Shown here in pieces: positions 24,671-37,799 of a stretch of 64,000 nt of DNA. A program made the position numbers and the translations under genes. Numbering within the stretch: position 1 is the stretch's first letter; every line of letters starts with the position of its first letter. The notes below the pieces were generated by a model. It was not told the origin of the DNA and made no database searches. It was given only the letters and a program-made list of their open reading frames with translations. This stretch comes from Amphiscolops sp. MND2022. Its lineage: Eukaryota. The stretch covers positions 49,662,001 to 49,726,000 of the forward strand of contig OZ076415.1 in the NCBI GenBank assembly GCA_964187785.1, given 5' to 3'.

Positions 24671-27600
24671 TCGGACGTAGTCTTCTGCTGATGCCGCTTT
24701 GTTCGGTGGGTCCTTTCCCATTAAGGAATACCTTTTGAGGGTCCCCCCAGGTGCTGTGTTTTTTTAAAGTTTTTGAATGCTCTTTTGTATACGTTCTTTT
24801 GTATACATACGCATCAGAGTAAATTCAAATTCTTCTTCTTTTTCATCCTTTTCTTCTGTTTCTTCTTAAAATACCCATAGAGACAGAAAAGTCTAGCACA
24901 AACAATTTTTGGTACAGAGATCCACTATTGGCCAATAATCTAAACAAATACATCAAAATTCACGAATCTATGATCGGGAACGGCAGCTGCAAAATATCTG
25001 CTGAAACTTCTTCAGGGACAAGTACTCTGAAGACATCTTTTGCACGTAGAGAAACTTGCGGATTCAACAGTTATGAGAACTGGTATGAACTTCAGATATC
25101 GATACAGTCTTCGGCTCTGATGCCCTTGGAGTTCCGCCCCAAAAACCTACTACTACATCCGCTAAGATCAACAGAAAAAGCTAGGACATGTTATTATCAA
25201 CATTATTGAATGCAATACATTGTCAACCACATCTTGAATGCTACAGTGATACCCAAGCTTTTGTATTGAATCAGTAAAGTTTTGCAAAATTCATATTTTT
25301 TGTCCATGAGCTTCTCGAACAGTAGATTCCTAAATACCAAAAAACTGCCCAGAATTGACAATGACTGATTGGTCGTGAGCCCAAAATTCAATTGTTTTGT
25401 TTTCTTTTCTCTAAAACCATTTTTGACTGCCAATTAAACATTGCCATCCTTGAATGTTTGTACTCATGCCAGCCACTACCCTAGTCGACCGACAGAACCA
25501 TAACGACAGAAAACAACCCACGCAACGAAGAATTCAAGCTCCAATAAAGAAAGCTCTATGTAAAAAAAACACTTCAAACGCATCACCGTCGCTCACTGGT
25601 CCGATAACATCCGCATTGTCGACATGCAGATTCACTGATATACGGTAGTTTAAAAAACAACCGCTCGCTGATCGTCGAGGCGCGTTATGAAAAAGTCACC
25701 ACTTCACCAAAAGTATCTGTACAATGTCGTAAACTCTGATCGAAAATAACAGATCGTGAATGTATATATGTTTTTTAAAGTATCATTTTGTTTCACACGA
25801 TTTTTGTTTGAAATAAATGTTTTAGTTCCTAACATGAAAAGTCTTCCTCGAAGGTCTCGTTTTCCTCTAAAACGACGCCTGAACTGGTTCGAACTACAAT
25901 TGTATTGCTTATGAATATCACCTTGTTGTGTCACGTATCGTGTGCTTCAAGAGTGTTCTTTTTATCTTTCCCTGAAGTATCACGTAACGTGTACTTCAAA
26001 CCCGTTCCTATACTGTCTGCTCCAAGCACAAACTCAGCTAGTGAACGTGTCCACTAACAATGGTGGTGCTCAATTGCCTCATTGAAAGATGTACATACGT
26101 CACAGGGGTTAGTGAATTGGCTCAAGCCATCGCACTTACCACGATGCACGGGTATTCACATGCCCCGGCGCCTGTCAACAGACTAAACCTGAAGAATTCT
26201 CTCGCCCAAAAGTGTCTGAAGAGAGCACCAGTGAAAACTTTAAGTACTTCATTACCAGGCGGGACGGCTACACGACAGTCAAACGCATAGGCGACCATGA
26301 TGCCACTCTACAGCTCGTCAAACGTCGTGAAGACAGTCTATGCAAGGACCTCCACCTCGTCCATTTAAACATTGTCACGGCAACCGAAATTGATGTTCTG
26401 GCAGCAATCAAGACTGTAACCGTGAAGACCGAGAACGCCATGGTGAGCAGGTGACATAGAGAAAGGTGTTAGGAGTTTTGCTGTTCGGTTACGAGGTCAG
26501 TTAACGTCTGCAAGTTCACAAAAAACCGAAGATATTCTTCTGATGAAATGTTCGAAAGAAGCCAAATCATGAATGTTATCGAACGTATTTGAAGTTTCGA
26601 AGTTCGCCGTGCATACAGTAAAGGAAGTCAACTGCCCAATTTCACGATCCTGTATATCCATGAAAGTTCAATCGTTTTAACTCGGAGTGTTTTTCCCATT
26701 ATATTCAATGTACATGAAGTACAAACAGAAGTCAGTCGACAATCACTTACCAATCGCGGAACTCTGTTACCGAATCATCTTTCAAAAACAAGTATGTCAC
26801 CTGGAAACTATGAATCTTTTGGTGAAAACGAGAAGATAAAAGTAATCTTAGGAATTAAATACAAAATAAAAGTGTGTCAGATGTAGTCTTCTGCTGATGC
26901 CCCTTTGTTTGGTTGGTCCTCTCCCATTAAGGAATACCTTTTGAGGGTCCCCCCAGGTGCTGTGTATTTTTTTAGTTTTTGAATGCTCTTTTGTATACGT
27001 TCATTTGTATACATACGCATCAGAGTAAATTCAAATTCTTCTTATTTTCCTTCCTTTTCTTCTGTTTCTTCCTAAAATACCCATAGAGACAGAAAAGGCT
27101 AGCACAAACAATTTTTGGTACAGAGATCCACTACTGGCCAATAATCTAAACAAATACATCAAAATTCACGAATCTATGATCGGGAACGGCAGCAGCAAAA
27201 ATTCTGCTGAAACTTCTTCAGGGACAAGTACTCTGAAGACATCTTTTGCACGTGGAGAAGTTTGTGGATTCAACAGTTATGAGAACTGGTATGAACTTCA
27301 GATATCGATACAGTCTTGGGCTCTGATGCCCTTGGAGTTCCACCCCAAAAACCTACTACTACTACTACTACTACATCCGCTAAGATCAACAGAAAATGAT
27401 AGGACATGTTATTATCAACATTATTGAATGCAACACATTGTCAACCATATATTGAATGCTACACTGATACCCATGCCTTTGTATTGAATCAGTAAAGTTT
27501 TGCAATTTGCATATTTTTGTCCTCGAGCTTCTCGAACAGTAGATTCTCAAATACCAAAAAACTGCCCAGGGTTGACAATGATTGATTGGTTGTGAGCCTA

Positions 27601-30440
27601 ATAATCAAATGTTTTGTTTCTTTCTCTAAAACCATTTTTGATTGCCAATTAAACATTGCCATCCCTTGAATGTTTCTACTCATTTCAGCCACTACTCTAG
27701 TCGACCGACAGAACCATAACGACAGAAAACAACCCACGCAACGAAGAATTCAAGCTCCAATGAAGAAAACACTATGTGGAAAAAACTTCAAACGCATCAC
27801 CGTCGCTCACTGGTCCGAGAACATCCGCATTTTCGACACGCAGATTCACTGATATACGGTAGTTAAAAAACCATTTGCTCGCTGATTGTCCAGGAGCGGT
27901 ATGAAAAAGTCACTACATCACAAAAAGTATCTGTACAATGTCGTATACTCTGATCGAATATAACAGACCGTGAATGTATATATGTTTTTTAAAGAATCAT
28001 TTTTTCCACACGATTTTTGTTTGAAATAAATGTTTTTGTTCCTTACATAAAAAGTCTTCCTCGAATGTTTCATTTTCTCCAAAAACGACGCCTGAACTGG
28101 TTCGGAACTACAATTGTATTGCTCATGAATATCACCTTCTTGTGTCACGTATCGTGTGCTTCAAGAGTATTCTTTTTATCTTTCCCTGAAGTATCACGTA
28201 ACGTGTACTTCAAACCAGTTCCTGTACTGTCTGCTCCGAGCACAAACTCAGCTAGTGAACGTGTCCGCTAACAATGGTGGTGCTCAATTGCCTCATTGAA
28301 AGATGTACCTAAGTCACAGGGGTTAGTGAATCGACTCAAGTCGTCGCACTTTCCACGATGCACGGGTATTCACATGCCCCGGCGCCTGTCAACAGGCTAA
28401 GCCTGAAGAATTCTCTCGCCCAAAAGTGTCTGAAGAGAGCACCAGTGAAAACTGTAAGTACTTCATTACCAGGCGGGACGGCTACACGACAGTCAAACGC
28501 ATAGTCGACCACGATGCCACTCTACAGCTTGTCAAATGTAGTAAAGACAGTCTACGCAAGGACCTCCACCTCCTTCATTTGAACATTGTCACGGCAACCG
28601 AAATAGATGTTCTGGCAGCAACTGATGCCCCTTTGTTTGGTTGGTCCTCTCCCATTAAGGAATTCTTTTTGAGGGTCCCCCAGGTGCTGTGTTTTTTTTG
28701 GTTTTTGAATGCTCTTTTGTATACGTTCATTTGTATACATACGCATCAGAGTAAATTCAAATTCTTCTTCTTTTTCTTCCTCTTCTTCTGTTTCTTCTTA
28801 AAATACCCATAGAGACAGAAAAGGCTAGCACAAACAATTTTTGGTACAGAGATCCACTACTGGCCAATAATCTAAACAAATACATCATAATTCACGAATC
28901 TATGATCGGGAACGGCAGCTGCAAAAATTCTGCTGAAACTTCTGTAGGGACAAGTACTCTGAAGACATCTTTTGCACGTGGAGAAGTTTGTGGATTCAAC
29001 AGTTATGAGAACTGGTATGAACTTCAGATATCGATACAGTCTTGGGCTCTGATGCCCTTGGAGTTCCACCCCAAAAACCTACTACTACTACTACTACATC
29101 CGCTAAGATCAACAGAAAATGATAGGACATGTTATTATCAACATTATTGAATGCAACACATTGTCAACCATATATTGAATGCTACAGTGATACCCAAGCC
29201 TTTGTATTGAATCAGTAAAGTTTTGCAATTTGCATATTTTTGTCCTCGAGCTTCTCGAACAGTAGATTCTCAAATACCAATAAACTGCCCAGGGTTGACA
29301 ATGATTGATTGGTTGTGAGCCCAATAATCAAATGTTTTGTTTCTTTCTCTAAAACCATTTTTGATTGCCAATTAAACATTGCCATCCCTTGAATGTTTCT
29401 ACTCATTTCAGCCACTACTCTAGTCGACCGACAGAACCATAACGACAGAAAACAACCCACGCAACGAAGAATTCAAGCTCCAATAAAGAAAACTCTATGT
29501 AAAAAAACTTCAAACGCATCACCGTCGCTCACTGGTCCGAGAACATCCGCATTGTCGACACGCAGATTCACTGATATACGGTAGTTAAAAAACCATTTGC
29601 TCGCTGATTGTCCAGGCGCGTTATGAAAAAGTCACCACATCACCAAAAGTATCTGTACAAAGTCGTAAACTCTGATCGAATATAACAGACCGTGAATGTA
29701 TATATGTTTTTTAAAGTATCATTTTGTTCCACACGATTTTTGTTTGAAATAAATGTTTTAGTTCCTTACATAAAAAGTCTTCCTCGAATGTTTTATTTTC
29801 TCCAAAAACGACGCCTGAACTGGTTCGGAACTACAATTGTATTGCTCATGAATATCACATTCTTGTGTCACGTATCGTGTGCTTCAAGAGTGTTCTTTTT
29901 ATCTTTCCCTGAAGTATCACGTAACGTGTACTTCAAACCCGTTCCTATACTGTCTGCTCCGAGCACAAACTCAGCTAGTGAACGTGTCCGCTAACAATGG
30001 TGGTGCCCAATTGTCTCAATGAAAGTTTTACCTAAGTCACAGGGGTTAGTGAATCGGCTCAAGTCATCGCACTTCCCACGATGCACGGGTATTCACATGC
30101 CCCGGCGCCTGTCAACAGGCTAAGCCTGAAGAATTCTCTCGCCCAAAAGTGTCTGAAGAGAGCACCAGTGAAAACTGTAAGTACTTCATTACCAGGCGGG
30201 ACGGCTACACGACAGTCAAACGCATAGTCGACCACGATGCCACTCTACAGCTCGTCAAATGCAGTGAAGACAGTCTACGCAAGAACCTCCACCTCCTCCA
30301 TTTGAACATTGTCACGGCAACCGAAATAGATGTTCTGGCAGCAATCAAGACTCTAACTGTGAAGACCGAGAACGCCATGGTGAGCAGGATGACATAAAGA
30401 AAAATGTTAGGAGTTTTGCCGCTCGGTTACGAGGTCAAGT
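24312..30440. repeat. Two nested tandem duplications (about 2.2 kb and about 1.73 kb) giving three copies of flank, LTR, PBS and gag start
   Basis: MIGNGS marker at 24970, 27176 and 28902; junctions at about 26520 (gag to LINE B 3' end) and about 28622 (gag to flank). Confidence 0.93.
25718..26059 (+). mobile_element. Gypsy A 5' LTR copy (others at 27932-28273 and 29654-29996), each followed by a TGGTGGTG primer-binding site and the gag start
   Basis: TGTACAA...CTAACA termini, TGG two bases downstream, homology to 34271-34768. Confidence 0.8.
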
Positions 30441-33400
30441 TAACGTCTGCAAGTTCATGAAAAACTGATCTCACTACTCATTTGAAGCTGTTAATTTTAT
30501 CAACGCTATGATACGTGACTCCCTCGATAGCGGATATGGCGACAGCAACTTTCACAAGCAAGATGTACTGGAACGTAACGACCTGAATATGACCCTGGAG
30601 GATACGATCAAGTTTATATAGGCCAAAGAAGCTGGTAAACTATCACAAGCAACTCTGCAGAAACCGAGTGCACCGACAGTATCGTCGTGTAAACAGAGAC
30701 CAACACATAGTCGAATGCCGAAATTGCGGAAAACCAGGCCAAGGCAATGGCCGCGATACACAGGCTAGGAAGGAGAAGTGCAAGGCCTGGGACAAACTTT
30801 GTTCAAAGTGTAACAACAAGAACCACTTCGCCAACGTCTGTACGGCTTAACCTAAAACTGATTGGTGAATCCACAAAGAAAGCGAAGAAGGTGGATGAGT
30901 TCAACAGTGTTTTCCACAAAATGTACAACATCTTGGTGACCTGAACGGTATTCTCTTATTTAGTCAGTCAACGGACGGTCGACCTTAAGCAAAACTTTTT
31001 GCACGACAGAAATGGCTGGATCACAAGATGGTCGCAACCAGAACCGACAGTTTATCTTTTCGCCCGCGCTTACACAAACGATTATGAGGAGCTGGGGTAC
31101 CGTCTTCACACACAGACATGTTAGCCATGACAGCTGATACTGGTTGTCAATCGGTCCTAGTTGAGATCGAAATCAACCACAGGCTAAGTTTCAAAAAATC
31201 ATACCTCATCCCCGTAGTCTAAAAGTGTCGGTTTTGAGTCGTGACGTCATCCTAACTCAAGGGGTAGTTATCCTACGACAGTCGGGATATTGGAGGTCTG
31301 GCAAGGAACTAGGGACAGCAAAAATATGCTATTTGACCGTCGTGATCATCCCAAGCAACTTCCCACGCATCGTAGCAGCCACTTAGCAACCCATTTCAAA
31401 TATTTCGGCTTAACAAGCCCACCCGATGAGGCGTAATGAGGAAAGCAACTGCTCCTGTCCCCATACGCACCAAGCCGCCACCATTAACAACTACTCTACC
31501 ATTCCCAGCAACTGACGCCAACCAGGCTGCTCTCCAGACTTTGATACAAGACAGATACCGATCCAGCACTTTGAACACCTGCCAATGCCAAATACTCCCT
31601 CTAATGGAGACCCCAAGGTCAAGCCGATTGCAGTCCAAAACCCATTTCAGTCCCTGTACACTGTCAACAGGAAGTGAAGGCGTTTATCACAAGGATGTCG
31701 AATTCGAGGCCTTGAAGGATGTCCCAGTGGGAGAAACGGTTATCTGGTGCAATCGACTGGTCAGGGCTCAAACGAAAAACAGCAAGCAACGCTGCACAGT
31801 GAACAGGCAGGTGCTCAACAAACATGCTGTCCGTGAAACACATCATACCCAATCCTCGTTTCACCAGGCAACACTGGTGCTTTCGGGGACAGAGAAGACT
31901 ATCACCGATGCTTGGAACAGGTATCACAATGTGCCAATCCGAGAACAAGATCGCCACCGCACTACGTTCATCGCGCCATGGGGTGGGTACCGTTAAAACA
32001 CTTGTCAACAGGGCTACGTTGCGTCACAGGACGGGTACACCAGAAGATTCGACGAGATTGTCAATGACTCCCCAACAAGTCCAAATGCATCGATGGCTCA
32101 TGCTTATGGATTGCTTTTCTGGAAAAAAACCTCTTCAAAACATTTCGCAGGTTAGACAATTGCGGTCGACACGGAATTGAGCAGAATAATTCTGGAATGT
32201 CTGATTTTGGCTTGTGGAATATGCTGGCTTCGTTATCACTCCGACCGACATCCACCCCGGTGACGAACATACCTGCGCAATCTATGTCTTTCCTACACCA
32301 CAAAACATCATTGACATCTGATCTTGGTTCGGCCTCATCAACCTAGTATCGTAATGCGATTCTCTCCACAATGACATCACACGTTTTCGCGAGCATTTAA
32401 AGTCGTCGTCAACCAGCTCGTTATTGTTCAAATACCAGGACTCAAACAGGAAGCGCGGGATACAAACTCGAGGAAATCCATTGGTGATGCCAAAAGACTT
32501 TCCCTAGATTGCGATTTTCAGGAGTCCGACTCCATCGCTTGTATCGAAGTGCGTCTCTGCCATCCTGAGGCCACCATGACGTATCAGCTGATGTGGAAGA
32601 AAAACTTGCTGTTGCTGTAACCACCAATCTCGGCGACAACACACCTTACACGATGACAATCTACAAAATCTCCAAGAAAAGATCAAAATTGGTGTCCAGG
32701 GCATTACTTCACGATTGGATCTTCCCCGTGTGTACGGGAATTTGTCCAATGCAAGAATGGACTCGACAGAGTGGATGGAGTGATTCTATACAAAAACAAG
32801 ACTGTTATTCTATCACCTACTAAGAGCAATGGTACTAGACACACTGCATTCTGCTCATCAAGGTGTCTCCCGCATGACTTCCAATGCGGAATCTTGTGTC
32901 TTGGCCGACATAACACCGGCTATTGCAAACATGAGGACCGGTGTTGGTCATGCAACGAGCATGCTCCCACTCAGCTGGCTCCCCGCTTACCATTCAGGAA
33001 CCAGTGTACCCTTTCAGTGCGCAGATTACCTCAATTACAAGGCGGCAGTTACGTGGTGGTTGTGGACCGCTACTCTGGTTGGCCGATTGTTGAGCAATCA
33101 CGAGATGGTTCTTCGGGTCTTCTAAAATGCCTTCACGATATGTTCGTCAAATGCGACACTGCAGACGAAGGATCTTCAGATGGCGGATTTGAATTCACGA
33201 CCGAGGAAACACAGCAGTGTTGTCAAAGTCGAGTCTCCATCATCGCATCTTGTCTGTTGGGCTTCCCCATTCAAACGGTCCCGCCCAGTTCGGGGTCAAG
33301 ACATGCCAGCGTAAGCTTAGGGATAACACTGGCCGAACTGCAAGATCAGCCTCGACCTTTTTAAAGAGGCATGCTTCAATACCGCAACACCCCGACCGCG

Positions 33401-34768
33401 ATACCGGCTATACCCAGCACAGATGATACTTCGACGACCCATGAATGACTTTATTCCCATTCTGGCCGGTTAGTACAGACCTCACAACACCTGGATAAAA
33501 ACATCGCAGGCCAGGGAAAAAGCAATGCGTGGTAGAATTGTCAGGAATGCTGGAAGTTTCACCGAACAAACGGCAATGTTGCAAGCCCTTAAAATTGGCG
33601 ACCGGGTCATTTTCGAGAACCAGACATGTAACCATTCACTGCGATGCGATCAAACCGGCATAGTGATCGAGGTGAAATAGATCGAGCAGTACGCTGTCAG
33701 AAAAGATGGCTCGGGCTGAGTTACTCTCCGGAATTGGGACTTTCTACAGAAGTTCAACCAAAGTCGTTGTGGAACGCGAGGCTGGTACTACCCCCACTAT
33801 CCAGCCTTTGCAAAATACCAACAACGACGAGAACTCGTCACCGGCGAATAAACGAAACAAAGACGCAAACACCCCAATCGAAACAAGGCATCAGGTTCTG
33901 ACTGAACAAAGTGTACAAAACGCCCCAGAGACACCAGCGGCCACAATTCGAACCCTACTCAAATACAACTGCCTTCCAAGTGAGTCCCTCAGAGTTGAGA
34001 GCCAGGCTTTGCTGAACAGAGATATCATACACCACAACTTTTCTGCGGAATCACCCGACAAGGAACCCAATTGTTGTGCTTAACCTAATGTGACTGGGTC
34101 ACCAGACAAGGAGTCACAAGTCACACCCAGCCCAGACTCTTCCGGATAACCCTCGAACTCCCCATAGACAGTCACAGAGCAAAAATTGACACTTCTTTGA
34201 GACTTGGGGACAACATTCGATTTTGACAGTCGTCCCAGGTCTACTACAACGAATTAGGACGGGAGGGAGATTTACAATGTCGTAAACTCTATTATAACAG
34301 ATCGTGAGAGTTATAGATGTATGTCTAAGATATCAATTTATTTCAGAGGATCATTGTATGAAATAAAGTTTAAGTGTCACTGCTTCTACAAATAGAGGTT
34401 TCTATTAGATCCTCTACTCTCAGTACGTAGACGAGCATTTTCTGGAATCTACAACGATCCTGCAAACTACAAGGAACATCTAGTCTTTTCCGATTAGTTC
34501 GTTCCTTTACATTTCATTCCTAAAAATAAAGGGTCTTCGACTTACCATATTCCCCAAAGACGAAACGTGAACTGATTGGGATTTACAATTGTATTCCTCA
34601 TGAATATCACCTCGTAGTGTCACGTTTTGTGTGCTCAAGAGTATTCTTTTTATTTGTCCTTGAAGAATCAATTTCGTGTATTTCAAACCCATTACTATAT
34701 CTACTTGGGTGGCGTCGCATATTGTGTGCTCCAAGGATAGAATCAACTAGTGAACGTGGCCGCTAACT
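29654..34768 (+). mobile_element. Ty3/Gypsy LTR retrotransposon A, complete architecture but decayed
   Basis: 5' LTR and PBS; gag with Cys/His knuckles (CRNCGK, CSKCNNKNHFANVC); protease ADTGCQS near 31130; RT (TDAWNRYHNVPIREQDRHRTTFIAPWG); RNase H region; integrase (VVVVDRYSGWP, SDGGFEF, HSNG); polypurine tract GGACGGGAGGGAGA before a diverged 3' LTR at 34271-34768. Confidence 0.9.
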
Positions 34769-34829
34769 TTTTTATTTTCTGCATTTAAGAGTTCTTCCGG
34801 CCATTATCGAAAAAATTGGTTGCATGGCA

Positions 34830-35170
34830 CCGCCTCCCTCATTTTGCGCCACTCCAGGCCGGCCTTCGTCAAACCAGCAGCTGGTCTAGCAGCGGCAGGC
34901 CGATTCTGCAGTGAGGCAATAAAGGAATTTTTTCCAAGAAACTTTGTCAAAAGACACGCATCCTACCTTTCAAGGCTGGGGCTCTCTAGGGACCGCCATT
35001 CACTGCGGCGCCAAAAACACAAAAAATATACTTTTCTCATCTAAAAAAATCTGCTTTCGACTACTCATCTCCAACCATTAGAGTAAATTCAATTTTATTC
35101 GAATCAATATGAAATATTCATCGGGAAGCAAGACCCCAAGGTGAGAAATATCATATGCACGTTTCCCCTG
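34830..35170. repeat. Diverged copies of the LINE B 5'UTR block and adjacent flank modules
   Basis: 34850-35050 resembles 11075-11280; 35050-35170 resembles 14180-14330. Confidence 0.65.
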
Positions 35171-36229
35171 CCAACATCAGATTTACTTGTTGGAGCACTT
35201 GCTGAGTTCGGCTGGCTTTGCATTCAAAAAATTAGGGTAGAATTTGACAAGCTCGAATGTTGACACAAAGTTGCATGCTTACTGTGGATACATCATGCCG
35301 GAATGTAGTCTGGAAACCTTGCTGATGTGAAAAAGTTGAAAATGTGCAGCACAAAAAACTCGTTGGATTCTTAGTACATTTCACTCATACAAGATGGAGC
35401 TAATATTCTTAAATAGCCCACACGTCAATCTTCATAAGGAACTGCATACTCTTCTCGTTAGAGGAAATCATGGACGGGAAGTCTGCAGTAAATTGTAAAG
35501 ACTTCGTGCAGTTGTTAGAAAGCTCTTCGAGGCCGTCCTTTGACAAAACAACCGAATTTCCAACGGAGACACAAAAGGCTGGAACGAACGATTTTTGGTA
35601 CAGGGCTACACTACTGGCCAACAATCTAAACAAATACCTCAACATTCACGAATCTAAAGGTCAACAATTGCAGCTGCAAAGATTCTACTGAAGTTTTGTC
35701 GAGACAAGTATTCTGAGGACATCATTTGCACGAGGAGAAGTTTCTCTGAATTTAACACTTATGGCAAATGCTATGAAATTCATATCGATACAGTCTCGGT
35801 CTCTGATGCTCCTTGGGCTCTGCCCCAAAAGCTTTTACTTCTACAGCATCTACTAAGTTCAATAGAAAATTCTAGGACAACATATTGAACGCCACAGTGA
35901 TTTACTAGCCTTTGTACTGAATCTGACGTGAATTAAAATTTTGCAAAATTCGTCTTTTTTGGCAATCAGGTTCTAGAACAGTATATTCTCAAATAACAAA
36001 AAACTGCCAATGATTGACAAAGTATGATTCGCCCTGAGCCCAATTATCAAATGGTTTGTTTGGTTTTCTAAAATCTTTTATATTTGCCGATTAAACTTTG
36101 CCAACCCTTGATCTTTTAATTCATGCCCGCCACTCCGCTAGTCGACCGACTGAACAAAAACAAAGAGAAACCATCCACGCAACGAAGAATGAAAACTCGT
36201 ATAAACAAAACTACATGTAAAAATTCAAT

Positions 36230-36790
36230 CGCATCACTATCGCTCACTGTTCCTAGAACATCCGCATTGCAGACTTGCAGACTCATTGAGATGCTGTACT
36301 TTAAAAAAAGCAATCTACTCGTTGATCATCGTGCGAATTTGTTCCGGAGGCGCGGTCAAGAAAATTTCACTAAATCACTCAAAGAACCCTGTACTTCCAG
36401 TGCTACAGGCTGAAGTATGTATCCGTTGTCTTTTGGTTTTTGATAGCTCTCAAACTTCAGTGATTCTGCATTGGTGGCGGTGGTTCCAGAGTTTACCGAG
36501 GAGCCATTATTTCAGCGACTGGGTGCAAGGGCATCAACAACAGTGATATCCCATTGCATCTTGCTTTCCCATTTTCCAAGGAATCAAGGTAACACAGTCT
36601 GGGCGTATGCCGTCAGTTTGGTACAGTCCGCGGGTTTCCAGCCTTGGAGGCAAGTCGAGGGATACCAAAGTCTGCTGTTTGAGTGAAGGAAGATTAGCAT
36701 GATGTTGCAAGCGACTCGCACTTTTGTTCCAATAGAGACCGTGTAAGCCGTCCCGTACGACCCTGTGCTGCACCGATGTTCAAGGAGAAA
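36230..36790 (-). mobile_element. CRE-like element, 3' restriction-like endonuclease fragment
   Basis: DGLHGL..LETRGLYQTDGIRPD.VTLIPWKMGKQ and terminal SLQVCNADVLGTVSD; the same terminus occurs at about 25560-25715, 27770-27930 and 29500-29650 on the minus strand. Confidence 0.8.
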
Positions 36791-37799
36791 ATTAGAAAAT
36801 CGCAGCTACTTTAACCTTCAGGTCCAGGGTTTTACATGGAACGATGGTTTTTGATTTGTGTACACTGATTTACAAAAGTATTTGTTATAATTTGCATCAT
36901 TTTGGATGAACTGTTGAAGTGCTTTTCGTTATTCCTCCTAATGAATACTAGAAATACTAGATTTTATTGATTTTTTGTTTCGATCCGCAGAAGATACAAG
37001 AACTGGTGTCCAGACGAGAAAACATTTCGAAGTTAACGTCGCAGGCTGCCTCCTGTGGCGGCAAGATCTATCAAATTCCAGCAGAAGACGATATTACCAC
37101 CACCACCAGGAGTACTACCTATTTAAAATATATATTATAGCCACAACAAAACTGAATATTTCTTAGTTTGAAAAGATTACGTTTTGTCATTTATAAATTC
37201 GTTCTGTGACTGATAATATGTTGAAATTTGGATGATGTATTCGATGTAATCATAATGGCAATGTGTAAATTGGCGCAAACTGAATGATTATCATCCAATT
37301 TTGCGGAAACAAGGAAACGATTTTGAATGGCCTATTGCTAAAGAGCATTTTATGCGCTGTCTTGAGATGAATGAATCAACGAGAATGGAAAATGCAGCGC
37401 AGACATATATTTTCTCTAGCCAGACAGGCTGAACGTCCGTCACGGTCCAATGAGAGTGCTTATTGTGTGACCAAATAATAAAGGACATGTTGTGTTGCTA
37501 CCAGTTATATTAACATGTGAAGAGTAAATATAAGACTCTCATGTAACTGTCAGACGTGTGGGATTACCTGCCTCTCCCATTTTAATTCTTTTGAGATTAT
37601 TTATATCATGACGATGCGATGATGTGATAATAATGTCAACCCAAAGGGGCTATTTTTTAAAATTCTTTCAATTCTGAAATCGATAACTTGACCACTACCT
37701 TCAAATACCATTGTTGCTGACACTATTTAACTCAGTCATAATTCTGTTGGAAACTTGAAATAGCGCTATAACATTCTCTTGCAAGAGCGATACTTTCTT

